A stretch of 248,000 nt of DNA from Wallemia ichthyophaga EXF-994 (Eukaryota > Fungi > Basidiomycota), in the NCBI RefSeq assembly GCF_000400465.1, contig NW_008806281.1, positions 20,001 to 268,000 of the forward strand, in the 5' to 3' direction. Below, one piece after another: positions 109,029 through 123,022 of this stretch. The first letter of the stretch is position 1; each line of letters begins with the position of its first letter. The notes under the pieces were generated by a model that saw only the letters and a program-made list of their open reading frames with translations, searched no databases and had not been told where the DNA came from. The position numbers and the translations under genes were made by a program.

Positions 109029-111675
109029 TCAAAGTATGGTTATTTGCGAATTTTGACTTGTGTTTCCTGTAAATCGCTTGGCAACGAAAGTCAACACTCT
109101 CAATCCACTCACCATCAACTTCGAGGCATCAGCAGTAGCAGAAACGACGGATCCTGCTTCAGATCCATCCATCAGGTATAAGCGAGCCCTATCATCTAGT
109201 TTGTGGGCATAGTATACGGGTATACCTAATGAAACCGCAAGATTAGCAATCTGGTATGTCATAGATGTCGCGTATATTGTCTGGCTGAGGGTTAGGACAT
109301 TGAATCCAATGTCTTCGTGTAATACGTCATATCTAAATTTCTAGAGGTACCCGTCAAGCCAGAGTGCGTGTAGGCGTAGAATTAAAATTGGTTTGGTCGA
109401 GTGACACTTGGGTGATCAATTATCGTTCCACTCTTGCAGCTGCATGATTTGTTCTGCAGATCATTTCTAAGCGGCGCGAATTTGACGTGAGGCAGCTTCT
109501 GTCTAACCATAACGGTGATCTTTGGAGTTTTGCCACCAATCAGCTCCTTGTATGCTTGAACAATTGCTAGCCTCTCGTGCTGGAGCACCTCTCGGTACTT
109601 GACGTCAGACACGCCATCTCTGACATGCAGAACGTGCCTAGGAATAGCACCTAGATTGCTCTCTCTCTCTGTAAACGTTGACATTTATTTTGGCCATGTT
109701 CTTCAGGTTCTCAATAATCTCCTGGCGTACTCTCAAAGGTACTTTACTGCCTATAAATTTAGGGACACGCTGGTCTGTGTTTGAGACAACTCCAACAATC
109801 GACATAATGGTCCTCATCTCATGAGGAGGGTAGGTAACATCGACACCGAAGCACATCACTCTTTCAGGCTGAGCAAGGTATGGATTGGGTGAAACCAGTG
109901 TATGGTTGACGCCATCTCCTTTCACGTTTATCTTCAAAAAAATATTCGAGACATAGGTTGGCTTGGCATTGATCGCCTTTTTTTGCCACAAATAATTGCG
110001 AAGGAACTCCTACATGTATGTCGCAGTATTGCTAGATGACTGTGTACGTGTTTGATTTTTCAAATTTGCAAGTTGTAAGGACAAAATCTGTCTTCACGTT
110101 CAATCTCTTCGATTCGTTGAGAATTGTCTTGACGCTGGCATTCTCGTTACGCAGGAAGCAAATTGCTGGCTCATGGAGTACCGTCATACCTCTCTTCATA
110201 CACACTGCAACAACATCTTTGAGGAAATTTGTCAGCCATTCGTACTCGTCTGGTCTTCCAAAAGCAAACAGCTTCCAGTTATTAATTGTCGCTGGCTTGA
110301 AGAATGTCATATTTTGTGAATTTCTATCCCATTCCACGTCAGGCTCGCTGGGTTGGATCTGAAGACGGTTGCCGTATTCAAGACTTGATGGCTTGATTAC
110401 TGATGCAGAGCATTCGATGGCATTAGAATCAATTTTGAAGCCAAATTCACTGATGACAGGGTTATTCCTGGAAAGAGACATTGCTTGACCACGATAGTTT
110501 TTCAGTCTCTACAATGACTTAACTTTGCAGAAACTCATTATGTCTTTGGTCTGGGCAGAATTTAAAACCCCGCCTGGATGAATCTGACCTGGGATAATGT
110601 TCAGTAGCTCCATTGAAAAAAATGTCATGCTTTTCCCAATAACGGGTAATTGAAGAAGCCTGAGCACAAAGTTGTGCGTAGATTTAAGATAAGCTGTGTT
110701 GCTCAGCTTTCTCCCATTGTACTCCTCAAATGTGTAAGTGTTTGCATTGTTCACGGAAACGTCTTGGATTTTGAAGGGTTGTTTACGGTTAGGGATGTGA
110801 TTGGTCTCAACCTTGACCTTCTTGAGCTGCTTCTCTAGCTGGCGTCTCATTTGGTTGTTGAGGCGGCGGTTTGGACCGACAGTCATATTTATTGAACCAC
110901 TCAGACTAATCAGCTTTAGGGCTATCGCGTGTAAGCGACCCTCCTACAAAATTTGAATGGACGATGTGTCAATGTTCAAGACAACGTCGTTTGCAGAAAG
111001 CCTTGTTGTACTACAAGGTGTTGAAAAGAAGAGGATCTCGTTGTCGAAAGGAAGCCTCTTTAAGCTATAAAGTAGAGCATGGTCATCGTAAGCAAACATA
111101 TTTCCAAAAGTGACTTCGCGTTCCTGATTTTCATTATTAGCCACACAACAAGGTCTCAGGTTGAGAGATAGAGCGCTTACCAAGAAAAACTTCACAGCGC
111201 GCAAAATATCGTTCCAGCTGCGTATCTTTGGCCTGTCTGCCTCGACGCTCACATCTTACACATGAAACGACTGTTAGCGGACTTTGGGTTTCTCCTTCAG
111301 GGGAAAGAGGTTGGAAGACACCTTCACTTGTTGGTTGGAGATGAATTGCTTTGGTTTTAGCGGTAGGATCACTTTTGAATACGACATTGTGAATGCGTGG
111401 AAATCAAGGTTGAGAACTGGGCAGATTAATTTTACAATAATTCAATTTTCAGAGACTCGAGGCTTTGGTGGTAGCTTAAAGTCAGTCAATTCATTGAGTA
111501 CATCATCGCCAATTTTCTCACTTGACTTCAAACGTGCATCTTTCATCAGCATCTTAAAGCTGGCTAGATGCGTTTTGTAGGCGTTTGATTCAGCTGGTGT
111601 ATTGATAGGAAGCTGAGTTTGAGCCAAGTGCGGACTCCACAAGCTGTGAATCAGGCAAAAGCTGAAAGCATTCAT
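109029..111675 (-). pseudogene. Argonaute (QDE-2-like) pseudogene
   Basis: PAZ/MID/PIWI motifs (LKINVK, GVDVTYP, RDGVS, PVYYAHKL) broken by stops and frameshifts. Confidence 0.85.
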
Positions 111676-111749
111676 ACGTTAATCATGAGTACCATTTGTG
111701 GGTGTTCTTCAAGTCTTCTTCTAAGGATCTATATCATGCACAGTGCTCT

Positions 111750-112060
111750 AGATAGAAGTCATAATATGGTCAAAAGCGTTACAAGGATTAATATTTTTCG
111801 CCTATCTATACTTCTTGTGCATTGAAAGCTGTGGATTGTAGTGACTCAAAGGGATGCGGTTCTTGGCATGTGTGCCGCAAATTGGGAGGTAACTACGTGG
111901 AGCAACCGGAGGCGCGTGGATGGGTGCTGAGCTGGCTTTTGAAGAACTCTCAAAGAGTTGCAAAGTGCTCTTGTCGCTGGAAAGTCCACGACAACAAACT
112001 TTGACTTGTTTCGATGTTGGCGCACATTTAATACAGCTTCAATATGTAATTACCAACTTC
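111750..112060 (-). mobile_element. LINE family B 3' fragment
   Basis: EFFKSQLSTHPRASGCST* plus 3' UTR matching the insert at 177535-177746. Confidence 0.7.
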
Positions 112061-112167
112061 AAGTAGATTGGGGAAGGCGTAAAAACTCGTGAAAACCTCC
112101 AAAATAGAGAATTTCGTATAATAAGTTTTTACGGATATGAATGTTTTAGATCGGATCTTTTAGTATC

Positions 112168-112248
112168 GGTTCGATGGTCTAGGGGTATGATTCTCGCTTT
112201 GGGACACCAATTTGCGAGAGGTCCAGGGTTCAAATCCCTGTCGAACCC
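112168..112248 (+). tRNA. tRNA-Pro(TGG) with short intron
   Basis: GGTTCGA/TCGAACC acceptor, CTCGC TTTGGG.., GGTTCAAATCC, T-run terminator. Confidence 0.92.
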
Positions 112249-114486
112249 TTCCTTTTTTTTCCATCGTTTCCAAGTGGATCTTTTTGATAGCACTCGCTCA
112301 GTCATAGTTGTATGGCAGCCTTGAATTGCAATTGGGTATTGCATTCAGTTCTTAGAAGGTAATGAGCCTGAAAATATGTGTGCTGTAGGATATCTCAGCG
112401 GACTTCTAAGTGTTCCCACGTGATTGCGTTAAGTGCTAGAATTTTTTGCTGGTGCTGTCGGCTCGCCGGCTGCTTGAAGTGCGCATCTCTCGATCGCATA
112501 CGCAAACACCATCTGGTGGCAATGCGTATTTCATCAAGCAGTGTCCAAATCAAAAGAATTACACTTCAAGGTAAGAATATTGTTCATTTTGATTTTTTTG
112601 GCCTTTCTGTTGTTTTAGGTTTGCTTGTATTCTTCACTCCTGTCTTGATTTTAATTTAAACTTTTCAACTTGTCAACCGTGTTTGTTTGCTTAAAACCCT
112701 CAAATGGATCATTGAAGAACGCTATTGTACTTTCTAAAGATTTTGAGCTACCGTTCTTGCTTTTCTCGTCTTTCACTTTCTTTTGCAGATCAATCTCCTC
112801 TTCTTTGAGTTGATGGTATCGTCAGTTAGTGCCAAAAGGAAGAAGGCACTAATCGCAGGACATGCTTTTCCCCAATTTTGGAGCAACTCAGTGCCAAATT
112901 TTTCAACCGAAACGTTTCGCGCTGAGGCTTCCTTTGATAACACCCTCTGGTCAAATTCGGGAATTCTCTTTAAACAAATTGATCCTCTTCATAGATTGAA
113001 GGATTAAAAAACCTTATGTTTGGCAAATCATCTAGCGGAGGTAATTGCATGCCGAAATCATCGAAGGTGAAAAATTTAAACTTGCTTTCCCTATTTGCTT
113101 CTTCTTATGATTCGTGATAGTTTTCTACTGGGAATAATAAGTTGTGAATGAGATTGTGAATTTTGTCATGTTCCTAGTGGAAGATTGCCAATGTTGATTC
113201 AGTGTGTTTGTTGGTGAGCTTGGGTGATTGGACAGGCAACCAAATACATAAAATACTGCGAGCGCTAGCACTATAAACAAAAGTGTATTTGCTGCTCCTT
113301 AGCGCTTGCTGTGCATGCAGATAGCCACGTGACTAGCCATGAGGGTATTCGATAACCCACAGTCAGCAATAAGATTAATTGAATGCACCGAAAGCTTTGA
113401 GGAAAATAGCTGAGCAGATATGTTTACGCCGTTAGCCGGTGTTACCGGGAACGAGGGTAGCCGGATTCGTGAAAAACAACAAACACGAGGCGCGAGTCAC
113501 GTGTTTCTTGGCTGCCGCTGCGGTATTTAGGTGGCCCACATTCCTTACTCTTCTCCTTGCGTTAAAACGTCTTGGGGGCCATATTAAGGCAGGTATAATC
113601 CTTTCCCTGTAAATATTCTGCACTAATCCCAGTAAACTTTACCTTCACTGGTTCAACTCTCTCTGAACTTCATTAAGAGCTGGCAGTCCGTTCAAAGTCC
113701 GCTTTGAGTGTTACTCTAAGGAAGTTTGCTATCATCACTTGGACTCTCTAACCTCAACCACCAAGACGAGGCAGTCCGCAGATGATGTAAATGTGATTTC
113801 GCAAAGTTGAAAGAGTTGTACGACTACGACAATTCTATATTTGCAATTTAGATAGCCTTTTCAAATGTCATACCATCCATCGCTTAGCGATATTGGTGTT
113901 TCGCCGTATTTGTTTTTCTGCTCGAGTTCAAGTACGGCTAATCACCAGAGTTGGTATAAGAAATATCCGCCAAGTGCGTGTTTGATATCGCTAGCGATGA
114001 CGTTGCCGTTGTGACGCTGTGTGCGACGTGCGATACGTCTTGGGGATATTCTTGGAAGCAATCGAGGTTGGTTTAGCGTTAACGACCTCACATAATCTCG
114101 TTTAAATTCGTCTTGGGCATTTTGGCGCCATCATATGCACTGTAATCAATTGAAATGCGCTTGGTGCGGCAATTAGCTAGTTGATTTGCAAATCGAATAT
114201 AGTTATCAAGTCTAGATACAACCTCTACACGCTCTAATTCTTACTAACTGCGTCATTATCGCATCATAGTTGCTGGCTTGCCGCTTTTGACCTTCACGCC
114301 AATCAATTTCCTCATTTGGATGAGACGGGACTATAACATAGTACAGATGGCTCAATTACTCTTTGCTAAGCTCCTGCACTTTATTGCCAAAGTCAAAGTC
114401 AACATGGAATAGTAAGTGGTGTGCATCATAACTGAAACACCACCTAAGCCATAAATCACAGCTTCGATTACAAACCACAGAAAGAG

Positions 114487-115353
114487 TTGTATTTCACGCT
114501 GGACAACACCAATGAAAAAGTGTCATACTGGACAGTAAACTCGCGTTACGTCGGCGATAATAAATCTATTGAGGTCATATTAAGACGCGACAACTACAGC
114601 AAGCCATTCACGATTCGCATATACGACAGACGCTACGACCAAAATCGTCCAGAGATGTGGAATAGGGATAAGGAGCAGGAGTTCAGACAAGCTCTGAATA
114701 ATGGTGACAGCAAGTTACAGGCTGGGGAAGTGGAAGCGTGGAGAGCATGCAACGCTCAATTCGAAAGGGATTTGGCTACAATGCAAACCATAAAAAGTGA
114801 GCCACTCTACTGTGTGCAGCAATTCGTCACCACTGTTACTTTTGAAATCAGCGTCGCCCCACCGGGCCATTCCCAGAAATACTTCACTGCGAGAGGATTC
114901 CTTCTTGAAGGCATGGGCGGCGCTCTTCCTCTAACAAGTAAGATTGAAGATGAGGATGCCGAGCTTCTTGTCAAAGATGCATGCAGATCCTTCGACAAGC
115001 TTGCGCATCTTGGTATATGTCTTGCAGAATATGATATGAATCATGTTAGCTTCCTCAGGGAATTTGGATTGGAGGCCAAGTTTCAACAGATCAGCAATTG
115101 CTTGCTTAAGAACGAGGCAGTTAGCCCTGTCGCGTGGAAGGCCGACGTTGCACACCACAGAATACTCTTCAAGGATGCTGTGATGTTCGCAATTGATAAT
115201 CACAAGAGAAAGCTTCAACTACCGAACAAATCTTGGGTGGATGATTGCAAGAGTGTTAAAAGCGGTGGCATCAGCAGCGGTAGAAAAAGGAAGAAAAAGT
115301 GGAAATCTGCGGTGCGATACTCACGCGCTGCGACGTGCAATCTCATCTCTTGA
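114487..115353 (+). CDS. fungal protein-kinase-like (atypical) protein
   Basis: IRIYDRRY...W..DKEQEF; GFLLE; intronless. Confidence 0.5.
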   Translation: MYFTLDNTNEKVSYWTVNSRYVGDNKSIEVILRRDNYSKPFTIRIYDRRYDQNRPEMWNRDKEQEFRQALNNGDSKLQAGEVEAWRACNAQFERDLATMQTIKSEPLYCVQQFVTTVTFEISVAPPGHSQKYFTARGFLLEGMGGALPLTSKIEDEDAELLVKDACRSFDKLAHLGICLAEYDMNHVSFLREFGLEAKFQQISNCLLKNEAVSPVAWKADVAHHRILFKDAVMFAIDNHKRKLQLPNKSWVDDCKSVKSGGISSGRKRKKKWKSAVRYSRAATCNLIS

Positions 115354-116429
115354 GGTTGTGCATATGCTTTAAGGTCGTTTTTGATACAGGTTACATTTCA
115401 ATCAATTAGCTAGTTTTGCTTCATATTCACGTCGTCCTCTTCAAATTCACTCAAGTCACTCCCTTTAGTTTCCATTTCAAATTTTGTAATGTTTCACATG
115501 TATATTTGCTACAAGAAAAGGGGTGAAGACGTAATGAGTGAATTGGAGTGAATTGGATAAGTTAGTTAGGAATTTCTTATTAAAAGGGTGAAGAATGTAC
115601 GTGACTGAATGGGCTGCTATGTGGAGATAAGTTAAGCAAGAGGGCCAGCCTCTTTAATGGTGTAGCTGAGTGTTGTGCTATGTGCTGCGTGCATCACTGA
115701 GCTGAAGCGGTGATAGTAATCGCGGGTGTGGGAGCAAAGTCAGCGTTGGAGAAAGGATCATTGAGGTGGATGTTAGACGAGCTCGGAACAATTTCTCCCT
115801 TGCTCGACAGTCTTGGAACGGGCTTTCTCTTAACGCTAGCCAGTCTGCCAACGCTTGAAGCTGATCTGGGGAGCGCGCCTAAGCCATCATCAGATACAGT
115901 GAGATTGAGTGGCTGAGATTGAGTGGTGTCTGCATTCCCATCCCCATTTTCATTTTCCTTCTCGCCGCTATCGTTCTGCATTTGCATTTGCACCTGCGCA
116001 GCCCGCAGCTGTGCATCCTTGATAGAAATGCTGTTCTGCATGATGGGAGACTCGCGCACTTGTTGAACATTCTCCTTGTCCTTGTCTTTGGATGTGTGCG
116101 ATAGATGCGCGAATGAATTCTACGCGTCGTTATCGTTAGCCGTCTCGTCGAACTTATTAGCACACCACGCTCACCTTGACTGGCCCGCCGATAACGAGCT
116201 TATTGAGACGCTTTCTGTGCGTTGAGTTGTCGTCAACTTCATGCGTATTTACACAAGGTATCAGCATGTCTGCGTCCGACCTCTGCGATGTGGTGGTTTA
116301 AGACAAAATCGACAAATATTTTTAAGTTTGGAATGTCTCTGCCTAAAAAGGAAATCTTACACGGCAGATGAAAGTTTTCAAATAGTTAGTTTAGATACAT
116401 TTACGTCATCACGTTGTTCAATTAGTATA

Positions 116430-117872
116430 GCCATATTGCTGGTAGCCGCCATAAGAGGGCTGGTCGTATGAGTATCCTTGATATCCACTCTGATCGTAAG
116501 ATACACCTCCTCCATATCCACCCCCTGTTTGAGCATTTGCACTAGCCCATATCTGAAAATTTGATTTGTTAGCTCGCTGTGTTTGATACAGTTACACTCT
116601 TCACTCACGTCTGGATTACGCCATGGTGGCAGGTTCTTGCCTTCTGACTGCCATTTCTCAACATAGGATGTATGTGTTGGTTGGGCAGCAGTCTGCCCAC
116701 TACCACCCTCAATCATACCCTTACTGGTACCGCCGCCTTCGCCAAGCTCAGCCATGAGGTTTGCGTACTCACTATCGAAACCAGGTGCATTGGAAGCGCC
116801 CTTGATCTGCTCCGCTTGGGCTGGATTGACGGTACAGTCTCTGGACAAGTGACCAGACTGACCACACAGCGCACATTTAATCTGCGTAGTAATGCTTTCA
116901 CCCTCTGGACACTCCCATCTTCTGTGGCCGGCGGCACCGCAGCTCTGACAGATTTGGCCTTCGTCGTCTCTGAGAGTGCCGTTCAAAGAGGCGAGCTCTC
117001 TGAGTTGGCTGCGCTTATGATCGTTCTCACCCTCTGGTGTTGAAGCTGCAGTCTCTATGACCTTGTTGATAAGCTTTACACACCTCCTCACTTTCTCCTC
117101 CGAGTCTGCGCTAACAACGCAATGAAGATCCTCTTCGCCCGATGAATCCATACTATCTGGCCTACCCTTACCCTCCTTGACGGAACCTTTACCTCTGATA
117201 GATATCTTAGCGCCAGACTGTCTCTCCATGTTCTTGAGTGAGTTGCCACGCGGTCCAACAAGTAAACCAAAAAAGTTAACTTCTGGGAAGTCATGTGTGG
117301 GGATGTAGACTTTTTCAGTGGGGCGCGTTGACCGCCTAGCCTGGTTATAATCGGAAGGAGGTCTGTAGCTGGGATCCATCTTCATCACCTTATCGATAAG
117401 TTTAATGCGCTCTCTCTCAAGCTTAAGTTTGTAGCGTTGTTCGCGGGTATTAGTGCGTTTACCCCAGCTATCGTAGCTTGGGGGTGGAGAAGGGCTGCGT
117501 TCAGCTTCTGAAGGGACAAACCTGCCTTTAAGTATTTTCTGATTAATCTCCTCAATACGCATTTGAGCAGCGTAACATTCAATAGCCTTTGGTGCCGCGT
117601 TGGCGTTGTAGATGGCGGTGGGGAGGACAGCACCCGAGTCTGCAGCATCGCCCCATCTCGATTTACGCTTGCGTGGGTGATCGCTGGGAGGTGGCGGTGG
117701 AGGCATTTCTCTCATCCTCTTCTCTGGTCTTTCTGTTGGTCTTCCGCGGGGTGCTTCTTCCTCAACGCCGTTTCCATACTTGCGTCTGTTACCCAGTGGG
117801 ATATTGTTAGCTGTGAGTGGCGTATTAGCGGTGGGTCTGTGTACACGCCATTCTCCACTCGCCTGAGGACAT
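116430..117872 (-). CDS. MSL5: branchpoint-binding protein SF1
   Basis: RKRKSRW, KH domain NFFGLLVGPRG, two CCHC knuckles. Confidence 0.96.
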
Positions 117873-118043
117873 GGGCGTTGGTGATGAAGAGGTGCAGCTA
117901 CAGCGCGGAGAAAGAGCTGCAAAATTTTTAGAGACGCGGGAGTATCCGTGGGGTGGCTGTGCGGCATCTAGAAGTGTATCTGTATCTCTACTCGCTTCCA
118001 CCCGCTTTCTACCCTCTTGCAGCCACCATCACCATCAAAACCG

Positions 118044-119849
118044 ATGGAATCTACCACACAGATCAAAACACGCTTGAGGCAATCTACTCGCGATTGCTCA
118101 GCGCGTGGTTTGATATTCGCCTCAATCTGGTCAGCCGAGATGGCAGCGTGTATGCGTATACCCATTGACAGTGCGAGCAATACACCTGCAGCGTTCCTCA
118201 CTTCCACGCCTGCACGAGCCACGCACGGCGACAGATCGTTCAATCCACCCGACGCCTTATCGTTCGACGACGACCAAGAGCTCGCGAGCGACGAAGAAGA
118301 TGTCTACGCGCTCGCCAAAGCCTATTACGACGCTAGGGAGTTCGACAGGTGCGCCACTGTCCTCTCCAACTGCACCACCGACAAGAGTTTATTTCTCGCA
118401 CTGTATGCCCGCTATTTGGACAGCGAGAGACGCATCCAGGAACGCACTGAACCTATCATGGGTGCGTCATTGTCTTGGTGTTGCGACTAGCTCAAGCTCA
118501 CAATACCAATCCAGGCCCACGCGATACGCGACGAGAGAATGCCAATACCCAAGTACCGCAGATCTTGGCCCACCTGCGCGACCCCAAGGACGCATTCCTG
118601 CTCTATCTCAAAGGTATCCTACTTCACCGCTCCTCTAAGCGGATAGAAGCGATGGATGCACTCATCAAATCGCTCAATGCGAATCCATGGAACTGGAGTG
118701 CGTGGTTGATGTTAGGAGTGTGTGTGCAAGACATTGACGATGTAAGTGTGGTGTGTGTGTATAAGCACAGAATGAAGAATAAAAAAAGTTGACCATGCCT
118801 AGCTCAGCGCCATTGAGTTGCACCTCCCACAAGGTGTAATGATGAGGATATTCAGCGTGCACATGCTCATAGAACTGCACGCAGTAACGGAGAAGCTTCA
118901 CGGGGCACTAGATGAGCTTGAGGAGGTTTTCACTGACTCTACGCACATCCACAGTCAGCGCGCATTTGTCTATTACAACATGCATCAGATGGAAGAGGCT
119001 GAAGAGATCTTTGACAGGCTATACGCACGTGACCCGCATCGCACGCAGGACCTCGACCTTTACAGCAACATCATCTACGTGATGGGCAACCAGACCAAGT
119101 TGGCTGCGCTAGCGCACGGTGTTGTGCAGCACAACCGGAGTGATCCGCAAGTTTGCTGTCTTGTTGGAAATTACTTCAGTATTCGAGGGGAGCACGAGAA
119201 GGCCATCATGTACTTCAGACGTGCACTGCGGCTGGATCGCGCCTACTTGAGTGCGTGGACGCTCATGGGGCATGAGTACATCGAGCTGAAGAACTCACAT
119301 GCTGCCGTCGAGGCTTACCGACGGGCTATCGACGCTAATGCGAAAGATTACAGAGCATGGTATGGTCTCGCACAAGCATATGAATTGCTCGGTATGTACA
119401 ACTACTCCCTTTACTTCTACCAGAGAGCTACAGCACTGCGTCCATATGACCAACGTATGTGGCATGCCCTCAGCAGCAACTATGAACATCTCAGACGGTT
119501 CGACGACGCTATCAAGTGTCAATTGAGATATATGGAGCTTGCTACAGATACAGTCGATCCTAAGATGCACATCAAACTGTCCAAACTGTACAAAGACGCT
119601 CGTTTGGCACACGAAAGCGCCCTCGAATTGCGCAAGGTTTACGATATTGTCGAATCAAGCTCCGGCGAGTTGAGAGTGACCGATTACGTAAACGTCTATC
119701 GCGAACTGGCTGTCTGGGAACTCAACCATGGAAATACTGCACTCGCGCAGTCGTATCTGATCAAGGTCGTCGAAACAAACGCCCCAGAGCGCGAAGAAGC
119801 CATGTCTATATTGCGCTCTATCCAGGTCAAGGAGCTAGGGCAGATGTAG
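118044..119849 (+). CDS. CDC23: APC/C subunit 8
   Basis: WSAEM, AKAYYDAREFDRC, TPRs LMGHEYIELKN. Confidence 0.95.
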
Positions 119850-119955
119850 ATGTAAATGTAAACTAGTTGATATGCACTATGCATAAATTGAAAACTAAGT
119901 AAAACAACTAAGAATGATAGTAAGAAAGAAGAAAGAAAATGCCTATGCTAAGATT

Positions 119956-120640
119956 TTAGATATCTACAGCGCCTGGGACCTGGTCGTCAGAAGGCAAGCT
120001 GCCCTGATCAGATATTTCGACATCCGAGTCGTCGTCATTGTCTTGATCGAGCTTGACATTTTCTGGGAGGGCGAAGCGTTGAATGTAATCTGCGGGTGAG
120101 TGTATGATCAGCGTAAATGCCCTGAAAACCCGTTCCAACTCACCCTTTACTTTGGTTTCATAGCTTTGGGCATCGCGCATGGAAAGGGCAGCAGCCTCGC
120201 CATTGAGTGGATCCGAAGGGTTGGGATATCTGAGCAACTGGGGCAGGAACACCTCGAAGATGTTTATCAGATCGAACATGGGTGACCAAGTCTGATTGAT
120301 GACATCAAGACACACACTACCACTCTGCTCATCGATATTTGGGTGAAATATTCTATTGAGGAATCCAATTGAAGGGGATTTGAATGGATACTGGTCAGGT
120401 AATTCTACGCGTACTTTCCATACACCGCCTTGGTAGTGTGCTGGTGACAGCGCCATTAGAGTGGGCAATTGGGCAATTGGGCCACTCACTCTCTTTGGGA
120501 CCGTGGAATCTAACAAAAAACTCTTGCATGTTGTCGTTGCTGAGATTCACTTCGTACTCGGACATGAGACTGTTGTTGTGTACGTTAGTCTCTTACCGCT
120601 TTCGGAAATAACCAACTGACAGCTTGAATACATCAGTCTC
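119956..120640 (-). CDS. UBC8: E2 ubiquitin-conjugating enzyme H
   Basis: [33 protein letters not shown]. Confidence 0.95.
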
Positions 120641-120719
120641 TATTCTGCGCCGTGGTGAACTGTGCTGGCAGTGTCAGTGGCTAGGCCTCGAGATTTCACG
120701 CTCAACTTATCATGACGGA

Positions 120720-121654
120720 ATCTATTAAACTCGATAAGGCGAGCGATTGCGGGAGAGAAAGGAGGAAAAGAGCAATGTATAAATATTTACAAGTTCCAAA
120801 TAGATACTCAGGTATACTAAAATTACCTTCAAAGCGTGCAGTAGTTGTGTTTGAGCAATCCATAGCTACCTTTCTGTGCGTACTTTGCGACACTCTGGCC
120901 AAGTTTCGCAGCCTCACTCTGTAACTTCTCCTCGGAGCATACAACGTCGACTATACCAACCTCATTCAGCTGCGGTGGAGTCCAGCGCCTGCAATCCAGT
121001 ATTGTCTGTCTGATCAGCTGCCAGTTGTTGAGGCGACGCATCAATACCGAAAGCATGCCCGGGGGAATGTTAGAGGCGAATCTGAAGACCTCTCAGCAAT
121101 ATCCCTGATGATACCCCCACTTACTCATTCTCATTCATGCAGAACCACCCTCTGCCGTTGGATTTACCGACGATATAGTCACAGCAGAGCGCCAAGACGA
121201 ATCCCATGGCGAAGGCGTGTCCATTGACGGCTGCGATTGTGGGCACTGTATGATATCAACATGCAAATGAAGACAGACATAGAGTTGACTCACAGGGGAA
121301 ACTGGATAAACGGAGAATGAAAGGGTCTAGAATACTGGCGAAGAACATCTTATCGTCCAGCGCCTTATCGAGTACTAAACCGTTGCTGAAGAATTTCAGC
121401 CCTGAACCCGTGAGAACCAGAGATGCAGCCGGATACAAGTCGCTACGAAGGGACCTCCAATGAGATTCTACATCATCTAAAGCCTTGGATAACCCCAAAT
121501 CGAGGAAATCCCTTTCAATTCGGTTCTCTGGCTGGCCATTAGACAATCTATTCATCGTAATCTTGTAGATGTTTGAATTTGGCATTGAGAGAGTACACAA
121601 GTGCTCTCCATTGTGCTTGTAGTGCTTATCTTGAAATACAACTATGTCGGACAT
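120720..121654 (-). CDS. enoyl-CoA isomerase (crotonase fold)
   Basis: KFFSNGL, AAVNGHAFAMG. Confidence 0.85.
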
Positions 121655-121862
121655 GACTATACAGGTAATACCCGGTTATGGCTTCCTGGTTCACAGCCAC
121701 CACGCATACCGCCGCAATGGATCAGAATCAGAATTTCAAAGTCGGTAGCCCAAATGTCTTCATCGAGGCTGCTAAGGATGCTCGTGAGTCTGCTATATTG
121801 CTGTGTCTTCTATTTTCTAACTCACCGGCAGTCTGGTCGCTACAAGCATGGCTCACCCAGTG

Positions 121863-122900
121863 TATGTCCAGCCGCACCAAAACTATCAATATAAACGGAA
121901 CTCAATATAATATCATAAAATACCTCTCAGAAGGCGCGTTCAGCTACGTGTATCTCGTCAGCGACGCGGACAACGTCTACGCGCTCAAGAAGATCACAAA
122001 CGGCGGCTTCGAAGGTGAAGTGGGATGCTACCAGCGATTCAAAAGCAAGTACATAATAAGTCTCCTCAACTACTCCATTCAAGATGGCGCTATCAACCTC
122101 ATCCTCCCCTACTTGAAGAAAGGCAACTTGCAGGACTATATCAATCTCAATTCCACCTTGGATGAGCGCATGTCGCTGCAACTGTTTAGTGGTGTGTGTC
122201 AGGGTGTGCAGGTGCTGCACAATCACTACCCCGCACACTCTCACTCCCGCTCTAGCTATCCTCCATCCTCAATTGACCAGGATGTCAACGACGAAGAGGG
122301 CGATCAACCTGGTCACGTCCCATACGCACACAGGGATATCAAACCAGGGTGGGTAGCCTTCGCCCACTATTACACCCCGCTGACCCAACTCATCCTCAAG
122401 GAATGTAATGCTCGCTGATGACGGCACACCCGTATTGATGGACTTGGGTAGCTGCATCAAGGCTAGAGTGCGCATTCATAACCGGTCACAAGCGCTCGTG
122501 CAGCAGGACATGGCAGCTGAGCACTCCTCTATGCCGTACAGGGCACCTGAGCTGTTCGATGTGAAATCGGATACCACTTTAGACGAGAAAGTCGACATAT
122601 GGGTGGGTGTTTATCGTAGCGAGGAATTTATCTTTCTGACATCAACAATAGTCTTTGGGTTGCACCCTCTATGCCCTCGCTTACTCTCACTCTCCATTTG
122701 AAGATCCAAAACAGGCCGCACAGGGTGGCTCTATTGCAATGGCTGCTCAGAGCGGCAGATTTACTTACCCTGCTAATGACACCCACTCGGATACATTCAA
122801 AGCAATTATAGAAGCTTGCTTGAAAATAGATCCTTCGAAAAGACCAACTATAAATCAACTCATCAGCATGACCGAACATGCCCTCAGTGTCGGTGTTTGA
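121863..122900 (+). CDS. ENV7: NAK/STK16 kinase
   Basis: EGAFSYV, YAHRDIKP, LMDLGS, YRAPEL. Confidence 0.88.
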
Positions 122901-123022
122901 GAGGCACTTCACATATGCACACGATGTCCACCTACTACACGTTTCAATCGCGATTAATATGTACTTTTACAAACCCAAATAAAAATGCACTATGATGCCA
123001 GAATGCCACTGCCCCTGCCACA

